Positions 13,946-26,859 of a stretch of DNA of 64,000 nucleotides are shown here, piece by piece; the first letter of the stretch is position 1, and each line of letters opens with the position of its first letter. Made by a program: the position numbers and the translations under genes. This DNA is from Malacoraja senta. Taxonomy: Eukaryota. The notes beneath the pieces were generated by a model that saw only the letters and a list, made by a program, of their open reading frames with translations, searched no databases and was not told where the DNA came from. The DNA lies in NCBI GenBank assembly GCA_038087875.1, contig CM075989.1:6572001-6636000 (forward strand), in the 5' to 3' direction.

Positions 13946-15149
13946 GCAATGATTTCATGCATGCAGCATGCTGGGAGGGTTGTGCCCCTTTAAATGTTGC
14001 ACAAAAGCATTAACTTGAAACTGTTTGCCTGCAAAAGGTCGCCCTAAAAGAGCTGCTAACCCTAAATTGAAAAGCCCAGCCAGAAGGTCACATTTGGCAA
14101 TGAAAGAATGCATTGTTGCCTCCCAGAAAAAGAAAGCACAGAAAGATATTGCGAGTGGAAGTGTGACCTTTAACAACTTAAACTGCAGATAAAGCAACTT
14201 GACTTTTCATTTGAAAACTTTGTATTATTTTCTTGTGGAAATAGAATGTGAAGGTAATGCGAATGGAAGTTATTGAATCTGCGTTTATTCATCAAGTGAA
14301 AGATGCCCAAAAATGTCCACATCTGAGCAGCCCTGAGTAAGGAAGAAGTTGTGGGAGTTGTCATCGTTTCTTCTCCCGATTGATACATTGTGACCCCAGC
14401 CGGAAAAAATGTGTACGCTGCCAAGAATCTTTGATGAGGGGACTATTAAACTGACCCCGGTATTTGGCAAGGTCCTGCCTTAAGGTCCTGTGGGGAACCC
14501 ATTAAGCTGCATGCCATTAAGAATTAACACCTTCGAAGTTCGAATTAGCCTTTTTTTTCCAGATTGGCGGTGCCTTGTGGCAGCGTTTGGTTTATTTTTA
14601 TGTGGGGGGGGGCGGGTGGGGGAAACTTTATAACCTCTTCCCTGTACGGGGACGCGACCTTTTCCTTCTCATGTCCCCATTGTCGTTGGGGCCTAACATC
14701 GTAGAGCCGGCGGCCTCCAACCGGATCGACCTGAGGGCTCCAGTCGTAGAGCCTGCGGACTCACCATCGGCTGGCTGACTTCGGAGCTGTGGTGGCGCTG
14801 TGGCTGTGTCCCGACTTCGGCCGCAGGCCCTGTGGACGGTAAAAATCAGGAGCTCGCAGGTGCCTGGTGGGAGACCGATTTTCGGAACTCCTGCAATGGC
14901 AACTTCGACCCAGCCCGAATCGAGGGGTTTGAATTAGCCCAGAGCAGGGCCTTAGACGCCCGGCGCGGCTTAAATGGTCGCGGGACTTACCATCGCCCGC
15001 CGGGGGCTTTAACATTGGGAGCCCCGGTCGCCTCGATATTGTAGTTTGGATGCCTGACCGCGGGAGAAGAACAAAGGACAGGGAAGATATAAGACTTTTG
15101 CCTTCCATCACAGTGAGGAGGCTGTTATTCATTGTGTTATTCACAGTGT

Positions 15150-16820
15150 CAGGCTGTTATTCGTTGATTACAGCTCGGCATTTAATACAATCATCTCCTC
15201 CAAGCTGGTTACCAAACTCGCAGAACTGGGTCTCTGCACATCCCGCTGCAATTGGATCCTCGACTTCTTCATCCACAGACCATAGACTGTTCGTATTGGT
15301 GGAAATATGTCAGACTCGATAACAATCAGTACGGGAGCACCTCAAGGCTGCGTGCTCAGCCCCCTGCTGTACTCACTCTATACTCATGACTGCGTAGCCG
15401 GTCATAGTGCGAACTCCATCATCAAGTTCGCTGACGACACCACTATTGTGGGACGTATCACTGATGGGGATGAGTCAGAGTATAGAAGAGAGATCGAGCG
15501 ACTGTCCATATGGTGCCAGCACAATAACCTGGCCCTCAACACCAGCAAAACCAAGGAACTGATTGTGGACTTTGGAAGGAGTAGGATGGTTGAAAGGTAT
15601 CAAGAGCTTCAAATTCTTGGGCATGCACATCTCTGAAGATCTTTCCTGGTCCGAGAATACTGATGCAATTGTTAAGAAAGCACATCAGCGCCTCTACTTC
15701 CTGAGAAGGTTACAGAGAGTCGGTTTGTCAAGGAGGATTCTCTCTAAAAGGCCTGTCTCACGGGTTTGCGGTCATTGGCGGTGAAACAGGGAGTTTCTAC
15801 CGCTCGTGGACCGCCAAAGACTGCGGGGTCGGTCCAACGCACACCGCCGGGGCCGTGCGGTGTAGGTCCCAACACCGCACGGTGCTCACAAAAAACCGAC
15901 AATTTCGGAAAAACCTTTCCTACTGCACAGCCGCCGCCAGTGCGGCACGAGCGCCGTGAGTCCAACTTTCACCGCCACCAGTGAGGCACGTGTGCGGCAC
16001 GGGCACCGCCACAGTGCCGCGATCACCACCAGCACCGCCACAGCCCCGCGAACCGAAATGACGTCATCGCGTAGCGCGTCGTGTTGCGCGATGTCGTCAT
16101 CACCTGACGCCGCAAGCTCGTGGAACCGGCCGTACGGAGATCACTCGGCCCCCGCGCAGCATCCGTGCGGCGCTCCCACGGCATAGGCGCGGCGCTCTCG
16201 CGGTTGCCGTGTGGTCCCCTCTTCCGGCGACGCCGCGCTTCACCGCCAATGACCGCAAACCCGTGAGACAGAGCCTTAACTTCTACAGGTGCACAGTAGA
16301 GAGCATGCTGACCATTTACATCATGGCTTGGTTCGGCAACTTGAGCGCCCTGGAGAGGAAAAGACTACAAAAAATAGTAAACACTGCCCAGTCCATCATC
16401 GGCTCTGACCTCCCTTCCATCGCAGGGGATCTATTGCAGTCGATGCCTCAAAAAGGCTGGCAGCATCATCAAGGACCCACACCATCCTGGCCACACACTC
16501 ATCTCCCCGCTACCTTCAGGTAGAAGGTACAGGAGCCTGAAGACTGCAACGACCAGGTTCAGGAATAGCTACTTCCCTGCAGCCATCAGGCTATTAAACT
16601 TGGCTAGGACAAAACTCTGAACATTAATAGCCCATTATCTGTTATTTGCACTTGATCAGTTTATTTATTTATGTGTGTATATATTTATATAATGGTATAT
16701 GGACACACTGATCTGTTCTGTAGTCAATGCCTACTATGTTCTGTTGTGCTGAAGCAAAGCAAGAATTTCATTGTCCTATCAGGGACACATGACAATAAAC
16801 TCTCTTGAATCTTGAATCTT
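15150..16820 (+). mobile_element. Rex1/Babar-type LINE 3' fragment, interrupted by a Harbinger-type MITE
   Basis: GAPQGCVLSPLLYSLYTHDC...IIKFADDTT...LYFLRRL, then FYRCTVES after the MITE; AATAAA and a (CTTGAAT)n tail; frameshifted. Confidence 0.85.
15748..16276. mobile_element. PIF/Harbinger-type MITE, GC-rich with long imperfect TIRs
   Basis: TIR CTGTCTCACGGGTTTGCGGTCATTGGCGGTGAA at both ends; TAA TSD. Removing it restores the host LINE frame ILSN-FYRCTVES. Confidence 0.85.
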
Positions 16821-19646
16821 TGGAGATTCACTGTGATGGGTGTTTATGTGGAATTGTATTCATTGTGTGTTTTGGTCTTTTGCTGTAATGACTGCAGGAA
16901 TTAACTTTCGTTCAAAACTTGCATGTTTGAATGACAATAAAGAGCTATTGAATTGAATTGAACAAGGAATAAGAGTTATTAATCACTGTCCCTCAATAAC
17001 AATGGATTAATTTTCTTCTATTAAATAATTAGCAAAATTCGACGAGTATATTCTATAATCATTTTGACCTTTTGGTTTGGTAATCTTTGAATGTGGAAAC
17101 AAATACAATCCAAGATGGAAATATCATTAACCTTGCACAGAGGGTCTGGATTCATCCATTTATTTGCAGGCTAGTAATTTGATTCTATTTTTAGGAGCAG
17201 CAACAAGCTTGAAATATAGAAAGCAGCATGTGAATATTTTTAGAATATCTGTAAAAACACTTTAAGCCTTTAAAATGTATTAAAATATTGCTTACAGTAA
17301 GGATCACTCTTCAGGGCTGCACGTCGCAGCAACCTATACTTGTGGAAGTATTGGGCAGCTTGAATTATTCATCTGCCTTGTAATATTGAGCACACACTAA
17401 AGCAGTGACCTACATCTACGCATAGCTGTAGATGATTTCAAGTTAGAGAAACATTATCCTAGTCGTGCCAGAGAGTATAATAAACAGAATAATGCTCATG
17501 ACTGAGGGGAAATTTTACCCTGAAAACTCCTTTCAGATTCCTTTGGGCAGTCAAAACCCATCCATAATATAGTCATCGAGTTATACAGCGTGGAAACAGG
17601 CCCTTCGGCCCAACGTTCCCACACCGACCCACATATCCCGGCTACACTAGTCCCACCTGCCCACGTTTGGCCCATATCCCTCCAAGCTATCCATACACCT
17701 GTCTAACTGTTTCTTCAACATTGTGATAGTCCCTGTCTCAACTCCACTGGCAGCTCGTTCCATGCACCCACCACCTTTTGTGTGAAAAGGATACCCCTCA
17801 GAGTCCGATTAAATCTTTTCCCCTTCATCTTAAACCTAGGTCCTCAATTCCCCAATTCTGGGCTAGATACTATGGGCATCTACCCGATCTATTCCTCTCA
17901 CAACTTTATACACCTATATAAGATCTATATTATACACCTCTATAAGATTACTCATCCTCCTCCTGCGCTCCAAGTAACACCCAGCCTACTCAACCTCTAT
18001 AACTCAGACGCTCAAGTCCCGATATCACATGACTAAGGTCAGTGTGTTAAACCATTAGACCATGTCTAGTGTGCACTCAGATATACGTCACAGTGATAGG
18101 CGAAGCCTTTGGTAATGTCCCAACATTCTGTGTTCAATTGCTTACATTGATAAATATGATTCAGAAGTGCATTGCCAGTATCCTAGAGGAATAGTCCGAT
18201 AGAGTTAAAGATATATCTCTATAAGCACCCTTATGGTATCTGTATAGAACAGTTAACATCCTTTAATAGGCATCACAAAATGCATTACACCGGAGGAAAC
18301 CTATGTCACCACAGAAACAAAAATAATTCAAACTCCACGCAGACAGCACCTGAGTTCAGGATCGCACCCGTGTCTCTCGCACTGTGAGGCAGCAGCTCTA
18401 CCAGCTTAGCCACCCGGCCACCCTTTTGGGAAGAAAATCTATCATCTTTGCCCAGTTGGTCAGTATTACCCTCCAGGTCCACAGCAATGTGTAGTGGACG
18501 CTTAATTGGTCAGGTTCATCAAACCAAGGGCAATTAGGGTTGGGCAATGAAAAATACATTCTATGGTTCAATGGTTTCATTATTATCACATGTACGCAGG
18601 TATAGTGAAATACGTTTTTTGCATACAGCAAGGGCAGCACGATGGCGTAGAGGTGGAGCTACTGCCTTGCACTGCCAGACGACCAGGTTCGATCCCGACT
18701 ATGGGTGCTTGTCTGTACGGAGTTTGTATGTTCTTCCCGTGACCTGCGTGGGTTTTCTCCGAGATCTCTGGTTTCCTCCCACACTCCAAAGACATACAGG
18801 TTTGTAGGTTAATTGGCTTCGGTATAAATGTTTAATAAAAGGCCCTAGTGTGTGCAGGGTGGTGTTAATGTTTGGGGATTTCTGGACGGTGCGGACTCGG
18901 TGGGCCGAAGGGCCTGTTTCTGCACTGTACTGAGCTCAGCGAGACTCTCACCAAAGATAAGCACAATTCCCCCAGTTAGACCAGATTGTACAGAACAGCA
19001 CACTGAGTCTAGAGACAAGAGGCGCCATTTTACAGTCCCAGCTGCATATGGCCACAAAGGCAGATTGCAGCAGTCGCCTGCATCCTGGTTGCCCCCTGAA
19101 CTGTTTGTCCTCTCCTGGCACAGTTTACACCCTGTGAGTGAGTGAATGAATGAGTAGAAAATGCTGAAGACGTGTGTGTCTTTTAGTTATTCATTGACGT
19201 CTGCCTTAATTTATGTTCTCAGTTAATGTGAAACTCCTGGGATACTTGTTTGAAGATCAGGCTTCGAAGCACGGAATCCGATTGAAACCTTGCTAAACTC
19301 AACCCCAAGGGACTGCTGAAGACACGGACAACAGGACAGCACTTCTTAAAACGCCAAATGTGGCTGATTGGTGTCACAATGAATACAATTGCTTCACGTA
19401 AAATGTGCTCACTCTCCACAATCTTTACGGAGTAATTAATGCTTTGTGTCAAGTGTGTATGTTAAATGTGCTGGCACAATTATTAACCTGTCAGTATTAG
19501 CCAACTGCTGCTTAAAAGTAGCAGGGAATAGGACTACTTAATGGTCACATGTGACTAGGCACAGTGAGATTCTTTGCTTGCATACACACGTATACAAATA
19601 GCAGCCACCGACAGAGCTGACAGTTACAAAGCACGCCGGCTCCTCC

Positions 19647-19678
<32 letters not shown>
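19647..19678. repeat. (TG)n microsatellite
   Basis: Direct reading. Confidence 0.95.
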
Positions 19679-19681
<3 letters not shown>

Positions 19682-20031
19682 CACCAGCGGTTCCCCCCAT
19701 ACCTGCTCCATTGTTCTTCCCGTCCCCCCTCACGGCAGTTCCTCCAAGCTCTCGCCGACCACGGGTCTACCCGCGAGGCATCGCCGCAGCTGCCACGAGG
19801 CTTCACCACCGCCTAGGCCCCATCGTCGCGAGGCTTCGCCTGTCGACGCCCCACCTCACACCTCAGTCGTGCCGATCCGGGCCCCAGCCGCGGGCTCCGT
19901 CGACCCGGACTCCGACCTGCGAGGCTCCAGCCAGGCACCGACCCGGGCTCCTACGCGGCCATCCGGGAGGCATCGAGACAGCGGCGCCTCGATGAAGGCT
20001 TCCGGCCGTGTTCCCAGTCCACAGCCGCGGC

Positions 20032-20757
20032 CCGTCGGGAAGCCTTCTGGCCCCTGGGGAGAGGCGCAAGCTTTCACCTGATTTGCACGAGATTACCTGT
20101 GCACTGTACCTGACTGTACCTCTCCATATAACAAAGAAAGTTACCTGACTTGTGGAACCACAAAGAGTCATCATTACTGGTTTTCAGGTTGGTTCTTTTA
20201 AAGCTCATACATAGATCCATGGCCTGTATATGGCCTCTGATAAGCTGGCACTGAGAATGTACTAATTACAAGGATATTGTCAGCAACTGCAGGGATATGT
20301 ATTGTGTTCTACGGAAAAATGGCTTGGGCATTCATGCTGTCCAGGTAATCATGGGACAGGGACTTGATGGGATGACGTTAACTATTAATGCAGTGGTAAT
20401 TAACTTTCAAAGCAAGGACAGCATCAAATTACCTGGACAGCATCAATGCCCAAGCAATTTTTCTGTAGAACACAATACGTCTCCCTGAAGTTGCTGACAA
20501 TATCCTTGTAATTAGTACATTCTCAGTGCCAGCTTATTTTAAATTCTATCAGAGGCCATATACAGGCCATGAATCTTTGTATGAGCTTTAAAAGAACCAA
20601 CCTGAAAACCAGTAATGATGACTGTTTGTGGTTCCACAAGTCAGGTAACGTTCTGTGTTATATGCAGAGGTAGAATCAGGTACAGTGTACAGGTAATCTT
20701 GTGCAAATCAGGTGAAAGCTTGCGTCTCTCCCCAGGGGCCAGAAGGCTTCCCGACGG
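20032..20757. repeat. Long inverted duplication (arms about 320 bp, spacer about 78 bp)
   Basis: 20032-20349 is the reverse complement of 20428-20757, with scattered substitutions and one small insertion. Confidence 0.9.
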
Positions 20758-21289
20758 AAATTACCCGTGGAAATTCTTGTGGAAATTACCCGTGGAAATC
20801 TTGCTTATGTGGCATCAAAGGGATATAGACTCAGATAGCAAACAAAAACATAAATTATACATATGCGTAGGAAGGAATTATGCTGCGGAAGGTGTGATAA
20901 CAAGAGGGATACAAGAATGTGAACAGTCAAACTGGTAGGACAACAGTGGGCCATTATGGGCTCCACCCTTCCTGAGGTCATCTGTTGCAGGCCCTGATTT
21001 GTTTTGGCCTTCTCTCACCTCCCCCCACCTCTTTTCCCCTCCCCCCACCTCTACTTTCAATCTGTAGAAAGGTTCCGAACCGAGACGTCACCTATTCTTT
21101 TCTCTCCAGATATGCTGTCTGACCCACGGAGTTACTCCAGCATTTTGTGTCTAAACTCTCCATATGCTCTGTGAGACATTAAACAAGAAAAAATAATTGT
21201 GCAAAACAAGAAGATAATTGGGGGGGGGGAACGAGTCTAATGGTCGTACAAGCGGTGGTCCATGGTATTCTGTTGTTGAGTCAGGGTTA

Positions 21290-21988
21290 AGGGTCTGTCC
21301 CACTTACACGACCTTTACAGGCAACTGCCGGCACCCGTGATAAGTCACCGAAATTTTCAATTTGTTGAAAATTCAGCGGTGACCGGAAAGACGCTACGAC
21401 TCTTTGGAGACCTCTCACGACCATAGGAGACCACTCACGACCATACTGGCCGTGAGAGGTCACCCGCGACATGTCGCCAGGGGTCGCATGTATGCAAGAG
21501 CGGAACTCGCTATCAAAACATGGAGGGGACGGGACACAATTTTTTGGCGGCCACGCGCACATGCACACACTCACCCACACACACACACGCACACCCGCGC
21601 GCATGCACACACACACACACACCTGCGCGCATGCACACACTCACCCACACACACACACACACCCGCGCGCATGCACACACTCACCCACACACACACATCA
21701 GTCCCACCTCCACTGTCTCGCGGAATGCGGAGATTTTAAAATCCGGATCACAAAAACTTGGGTAGGGGGGGGGGATGTCCCCCACCTCTCAAAACATGGA
21801 GGGGACGTGTCCCCACTGCCCCCCCCCCCCGCGGGTTTTCCGCCCCTGCATGTATGGTCGTGAGAGGTCTCCAAAGAGTCGTAGCGTCCTTCTGGTCGCC
21901 GCTGAATTTTCAGCATGTTGAAAATTTCGGCGACCTATCACGGGTGCCAGCAGTCGCCTGTGAAGGTCGCGTAAGTGGGACAGGCCCT
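21290..21988. mobile_element. PIF/Harbinger-type MITE containing a nested hAT MITE
   Basis: AGGGTCTGTCCCACTTAC...GTAAGTGGGACAGGCCCT; TTA TSD. Confidence 0.85.
21495..21848 (+). mobile_element. hAT-type MITE with CA-rich interior
   Basis: CAAGAGCGGAA...TTCCGCCCCTG; exact 8-bp TSD CATGTATG. Confidence 0.85.
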
Positions 21989-23020
21989 TTACGATTGTGC
22001 GTTGGAAGGAACTGCAGATGCTGGTTTACACCGAAGATAGACACAAAATGTTGGAGTAACTCAGCGGGACAGGCAGCATCTCCGGATAAAAGGAATGGGT
22101 GACGTTTCGGGTCGAGACCCTTCGTCAGGATTGTGTGGGTGTGGGATCAGTTCAAGAATTTGATGGCTCGCAAGGAACACTTGAACAGGTCAGGAACTAG
22201 CGACATAAATGCTTACAAAGGAAAATGAGCATTTGAGAGACAAAGGTACAGAGAGACTTGCTGAAAGACTAAGATAAAAATAGGCAGATTAGATGGGAAG
22301 TAATCCAGGACTGATTAGTCTTCATTCTCTACTATGTACAGTATATATTACTATGTCCTTGTATTTTGTCAGGAGCTGCCAAAAGACAATATTCGAATCT
22401 GTCAACACCTCAGCACCTTTCAGCATCCAGTCAACTGACCTCCAGCAGTGCTTCTTTGTAAGACTGCCACACGCATGCAGTTTTTTATAACTCATGTGAA
22501 TCTGTTGCTATGGAGATTTCCCATTAAAAATAAAGGCTCAGTCTGGTTTATTAACTTCCACCTTTAATGCAGAGAACACAGTCTAAGCTTGGGATTGTGC
22601 CTCTAGCGTTTGGTCTCTGCTGAATCTCACGCTGGTTATTTTACAATTAAGGAATAATGATATTTTGCAGAATCACATTGAACATCAACTTCTTTAACAA
22701 GGTCTCTGTTTAGAGGTACAGTGTGGAAACAGGCCCTTCGGTCCACTGAATCCATGCCATCCAGCGATCCCTGCACACTGACACCATCCTACACACACTA
22801 GGGACAATCTACAATTATACCACGCCAATTATGTACGCCTTTGGAGTATGGTCAGAAAACCGAAGCACCTGGGGAAAACCCACATGGTCACAGGGAGAAC
22901 GTACATACACCGTACAGACAGCACCCTCGTAGTCAGGATTGAATCTGGGTCTCTGGCGCTGTAAGGCAGCAACTCCACAACTGCGCCACTGTTTACTTAT
23001 TTGAGAGATCGGATTTAGGC

Positions 23021-23417
23021 TTCTTCTGTCGTGTGTCTTTTAGACCTGCAGCTCCGTCGAGGCGAGCCAGGCCAACGTGTCATCGTCCAGGTCAATCAGA
23101 CCTCGGTGGCCGGTGTTTGGGGCAACTGGTAACTATGTGCTCCACTGTCTGTGTTGGGTCCCCCACACTCGCAGGAGGCACTCGCTGTCCACGAGGCCCC
23201 ACCTCTTCCTCGCTACTCCATAGCGTCCGAAGCCTGTCCTCATGCGGTTGAGGGTTCTCCACTGCTTTCGGGGCAGGTCCTGGCCAGGGACGTCCATGGG
23301 GTCATCGATGTAATGGTGTAGCCTCGATGGTTCCACTGACTTCCGTCTTGACCCAGGCGGCCTTGGAAGCGTCAGCCGATGTTGTGCAGAGCAGCTCTTG
23401 GGCTTGCGTGGCAAAGG
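23021..23417 (-). mobile_element. 5'-truncated non-LTR retrotransposon 3' end (Ingi/Vingi- or RTE-X-like)
   Basis: Encodes DLPRKQWRTLNRMRTGFGR...WGLVDSEC, the C-terminal region before a zinc knuckle. Tail CACACGACAGAAGAA; 10-bp TSD GGATTTAGGC at 23011-23020 and 23418-23427. Confidence 0.7.
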
Positions 23418-24263
23418 GGATTTAGGCAAGGGTTCCTCTTGTGTTGTGTGGAATGTGCAGCACAGGATCATGTCATTTGGCCAATCAACATTTGCTGGGC
23501 TTTCTGTGCAAAGGGTCTCGTCCTTTCACCCAGTTTACCACATTCCTACCGCCCTCCCAGCCAAGTTGTTGCTCCAGTATTTTCCCTGGGATTTATTAGT
23601 GGTGGTCATAATTGGCAAAATGAAACAGTGGCAACGACAGCAAGCAAAACAAAACTTGCGGCAGATTCCTTCTGATGTGGAAGATACTGTGGTGGAAGCA
23701 GTTTCATTAATCGCTTTCAAAGGGAATTGGATACATTCTTTGAAAGAAGCAGTGGAGGGAAGGGACAGGCAACGTGTTGGCTCTTCAGACTAAAGAAGGG
23801 TCTCGCTTCAAAACATTGTCCGTCCATCCCCTCCACAGATGCTGCCTGAGCTGCTGAATTCCTCCAGCACCTTGTGTTTTGCTCCAGATTCCAGCATCTG
23901 CAGTTCGTCGTGTCAGTCTGAGGCAGGTCCCCGACCTTAAACATGTACATTCCCGCCACGGATGCGGTCTGACCCGTTGAGTCCTTCCAGCGCTTTGTGT
24001 TTGGCAGTCGACGTGGAAAATCATTGGGGAAAAGATTGGGAAACTCTGTCATATCCGACCATAAGAAAGCTCCTGAGAAGGCAGGGTGCCTTTTATTTCG
24101 GGTCCTGTTACCAGACTGGCTCAGCCCCCACAGTACAGAGATAAGGAAACACTTTGTGTAAAGTAAATGGTAAAAAAAATCCAGCAAGGAGATGGGGTAG
24201 AATTTTATTTAAAGCAGTGTGTGAATGGTGTGGAGTGCAATGCTTGGAAGGTGCTGTTTTAAA

Positions 24264-24654
24264 AGCCCCTGTCCCACTTAGGAGACCTAAACAGCAATCT
24301 CTGGTGACCTTGCCCGCCACCCAAGGTTTCCATGAGGTCACCGGAGGTTTTGGTCACTCTCCCTAATGGTCGAAAGTGGTTTCCGCGTGGTCAAGGCTTC
24401 ATCTCGGTTGCTGCTATTTTTTCATCATGATCAAAACTGTCCTCGACTAAAAATAGGTTGCCGTTTTAAAAATCGATCATTTTTTAGTCGCAGGTCTAGT
24501 CGAAGCCGGTTTTCTTCATAGTCGAGGAAGGTTTTCAACATATGCGTGGGAGGTGGTAGGAGGTTGCAGGTCACCTCGACTTTGATTTTTCTTTTGGGTG
24601 GCGGGCAAGGTCACCACAGGTTGCTGTTTAGGTCTCCTAAGTGGGACAGGGGCT
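24264..24654. mobile_element. PIF/Harbinger-type MITE
   Basis: About 55-bp TIRs starting AGCCCCTGTCCCACTTAGGAGACC; flanks AAA/TAA. Confidence 0.8.
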
Positions 24655-25418
24655 TAAAATGGTAACTTGCAAAAGGTAGCATGAAACCGTTCAGGGAGAG
24701 AAGGGAAAGAAAAGGTCAATGAAACTGTCATACAGCACCCATGCAGCATACATTAGCCAAGGTCAGGATTGAACGCGGGTCTATGGAGCTGTGGGGCAGC
24801 AGCTCCACCATCCTCATTGCATTGCATCCCAGCAGTTTGAAACCTGTTGACGTTCCCTGTGCATCACACCAATTACTTGTATCATTGAGTAAAGAAGTCC
24901 CATGTAAAACTTCCCAGTTCTCACACCAGTCTGGTTGTCCCCCTGATTACATTTGATCTCTGTTTGCTTTGTTGTCACCTTCTCCCAGCTAACAAGGATT
25001 CTATCCTGCCTTTTCCTTGATCCCCATCTCTTTTGAGGTCTTGTTTTCCCACCTTACCCTGTGTCTCCCTCTCCCCTGACTATCAGTCTGAAGAAGGGTC
25101 GCGACCCAAAATGTCACCCGTTTCTTCTCTCCAGAGATGCTGCCTGACCCGCTGAGTTACTCTGGCATTTTGCGTCTATCTCCCAGTATTAGGGCACAGT
25201 GTACACAATATTTTCATGAAATGCGTCCTCTATATTTGGTTGAATCACTGACTCTATACTATGGGGAGATACAAACCCTGCATAATGTGGAAATCACAAA
25301 CCATGGCAATTACAGACAACCCTGTTCTGGATTGAATTTCAGACCCAATATTATGGGGAGATCACAGTCTCTCTATTCCTTTAAAAAAAAAAACTATTCC
25401 TTCCTATTTCGAGCCGTT

Positions 25419-25645
25419 TGGGCCTGTCCCACTTTCACGACCTAATTCATGACCTCTGCCGAGTTTGCCCTTGACTCATACTCGCAGCATGGTCGTCACT
25501 AGGTCGAAGGAGGTCGTAGCAGGCCGTGATGCTAGTCGTAGGTACTCGTGGCATCAAGTAGGTCGGGGCGTTTTTCCTAGCCTGATGAAAAATGTCCACG
25601 AGTAAAAAAGGTTGTGAATTAGGTCGTGAAAGTGGGACAGGCCCT
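25419..25645. mobile_element. PIF/Harbinger-type MITE (short)
   Basis: GGGCCTGTCCCACTTTCACGACCTAATTCA TIRs; TTA on the right only. Confidence 0.75.
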
Positions 25646-26231
25646 TTAGGCCGTGTTTTGTGCGGGAATCCTGGATCCCCCATGACAATTAAAGAGCTCA
25701 GTCTGAGGCAATAGACTCTCTCCATTTGGCCACTGCAGTCCTTATACTGCGGAGAAACGCTGACCCTGTGTTGTGCTGTACACATTGACGGCCTTTGCAT
25801 TAAGAACCATCCAGAGTTTACGAGGATGTTGCCAGGACTGGAGGTTCTGAGCTATAGGCAGAGGTTGAGTCGACGGGGTCTCTATTCCTTGGAGCGCAGG
25901 AGGCTGAGGGGTGATTTTATAGAGGTGTATAAAATCATGAAGAATATATCAGGTAGATGCACAGAGTCTCTTGCCCAGCGTAGGGGAATCGAGGACCAGA
26001 GGGGTAAGGTGAGGGGGAAAAGATTTAATAGGAATCCGAGGGGTAACGTTTTCACACAACGGGTGGGGGGGGGGGGGGTGTATGGAACGAGCTGCCAGAG
26101 GCGGTAGTTGAGGCAGGGACTATCCCAACGTTTAAAAAACAGTTAGGCAGATACATGGATAGGACAGGTTTGGAGGGATATGGGTCAAACTTGGGCAGGT
26201 GGGACTAGGGTAGCTGGGATGTGCTGGCCAG

Positions 26232-26859
26232 CAAGAGCGGAACTCGCTATCAAAACATGGAGGGGACGGGGGACACCATTTTTTTGGCGGCCGCGCGCGC
26301 ATGCGCACACTCACACACACGAGCGCGAGGCTTCGGAGGCTCAATCCAGCGATAATGCAGCTCAACGCTGCCTGCCTCACTGGGTTAACTACAGCCCTGC
26401 CTGGACTGACGGGACACCAGCGCTGCTTCTCCGCGCTGGCCATATTTCCCACAAACCCAGGCAGGACAGGCTGAGTTGAGCTGGGTTTAGCGCTGTTTCT
26501 CTGCGCTGGCTGTGGGCCTGGGGGTACAGCTCGCGTCTGACCCCCGACCTCTCTGGCCACTCGGGGCAGCGCCGGAGACCCAGCCGGGATCGATCCTGCC
26601 TGCGGATGAGGTGCAGGTCTGTGCCACGTCTCCCTCCTCCAATCGCCGCACTCTATCCTCATTCCCCCCCCCCCCCACTCCCTACTCCTCTAATCATCGC
26701 GCCCTCGATCATCGGTCCCACCCCCACTGTCTCGCGGAAAACGGAGATTTTAAAATACGGATCACAAAAACTTGGGAGGGGGGGGATGTCCCCCACCTCT
26801 CAAAACATGGGGGGGGGGGACGTGTCCCCTCTGGCCCCCCCCCGGGTTTTCCGCCCCTG
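26232..26859 (+). mobile_element. hAT-type MITE inserted in a CR1 tail
   Basis: Same ends as 21495; exact 8-bp TSD CTGGCCAG. Confidence 0.85.

Noticed and set aside
19574..20174. Cluster of overlapping long ORFs (also 26132-27051 and 35257-35842)
   Set aside because: GC-rich repeat interiors are depleted of stop codons in all frames; no protein motifs or splice signals.
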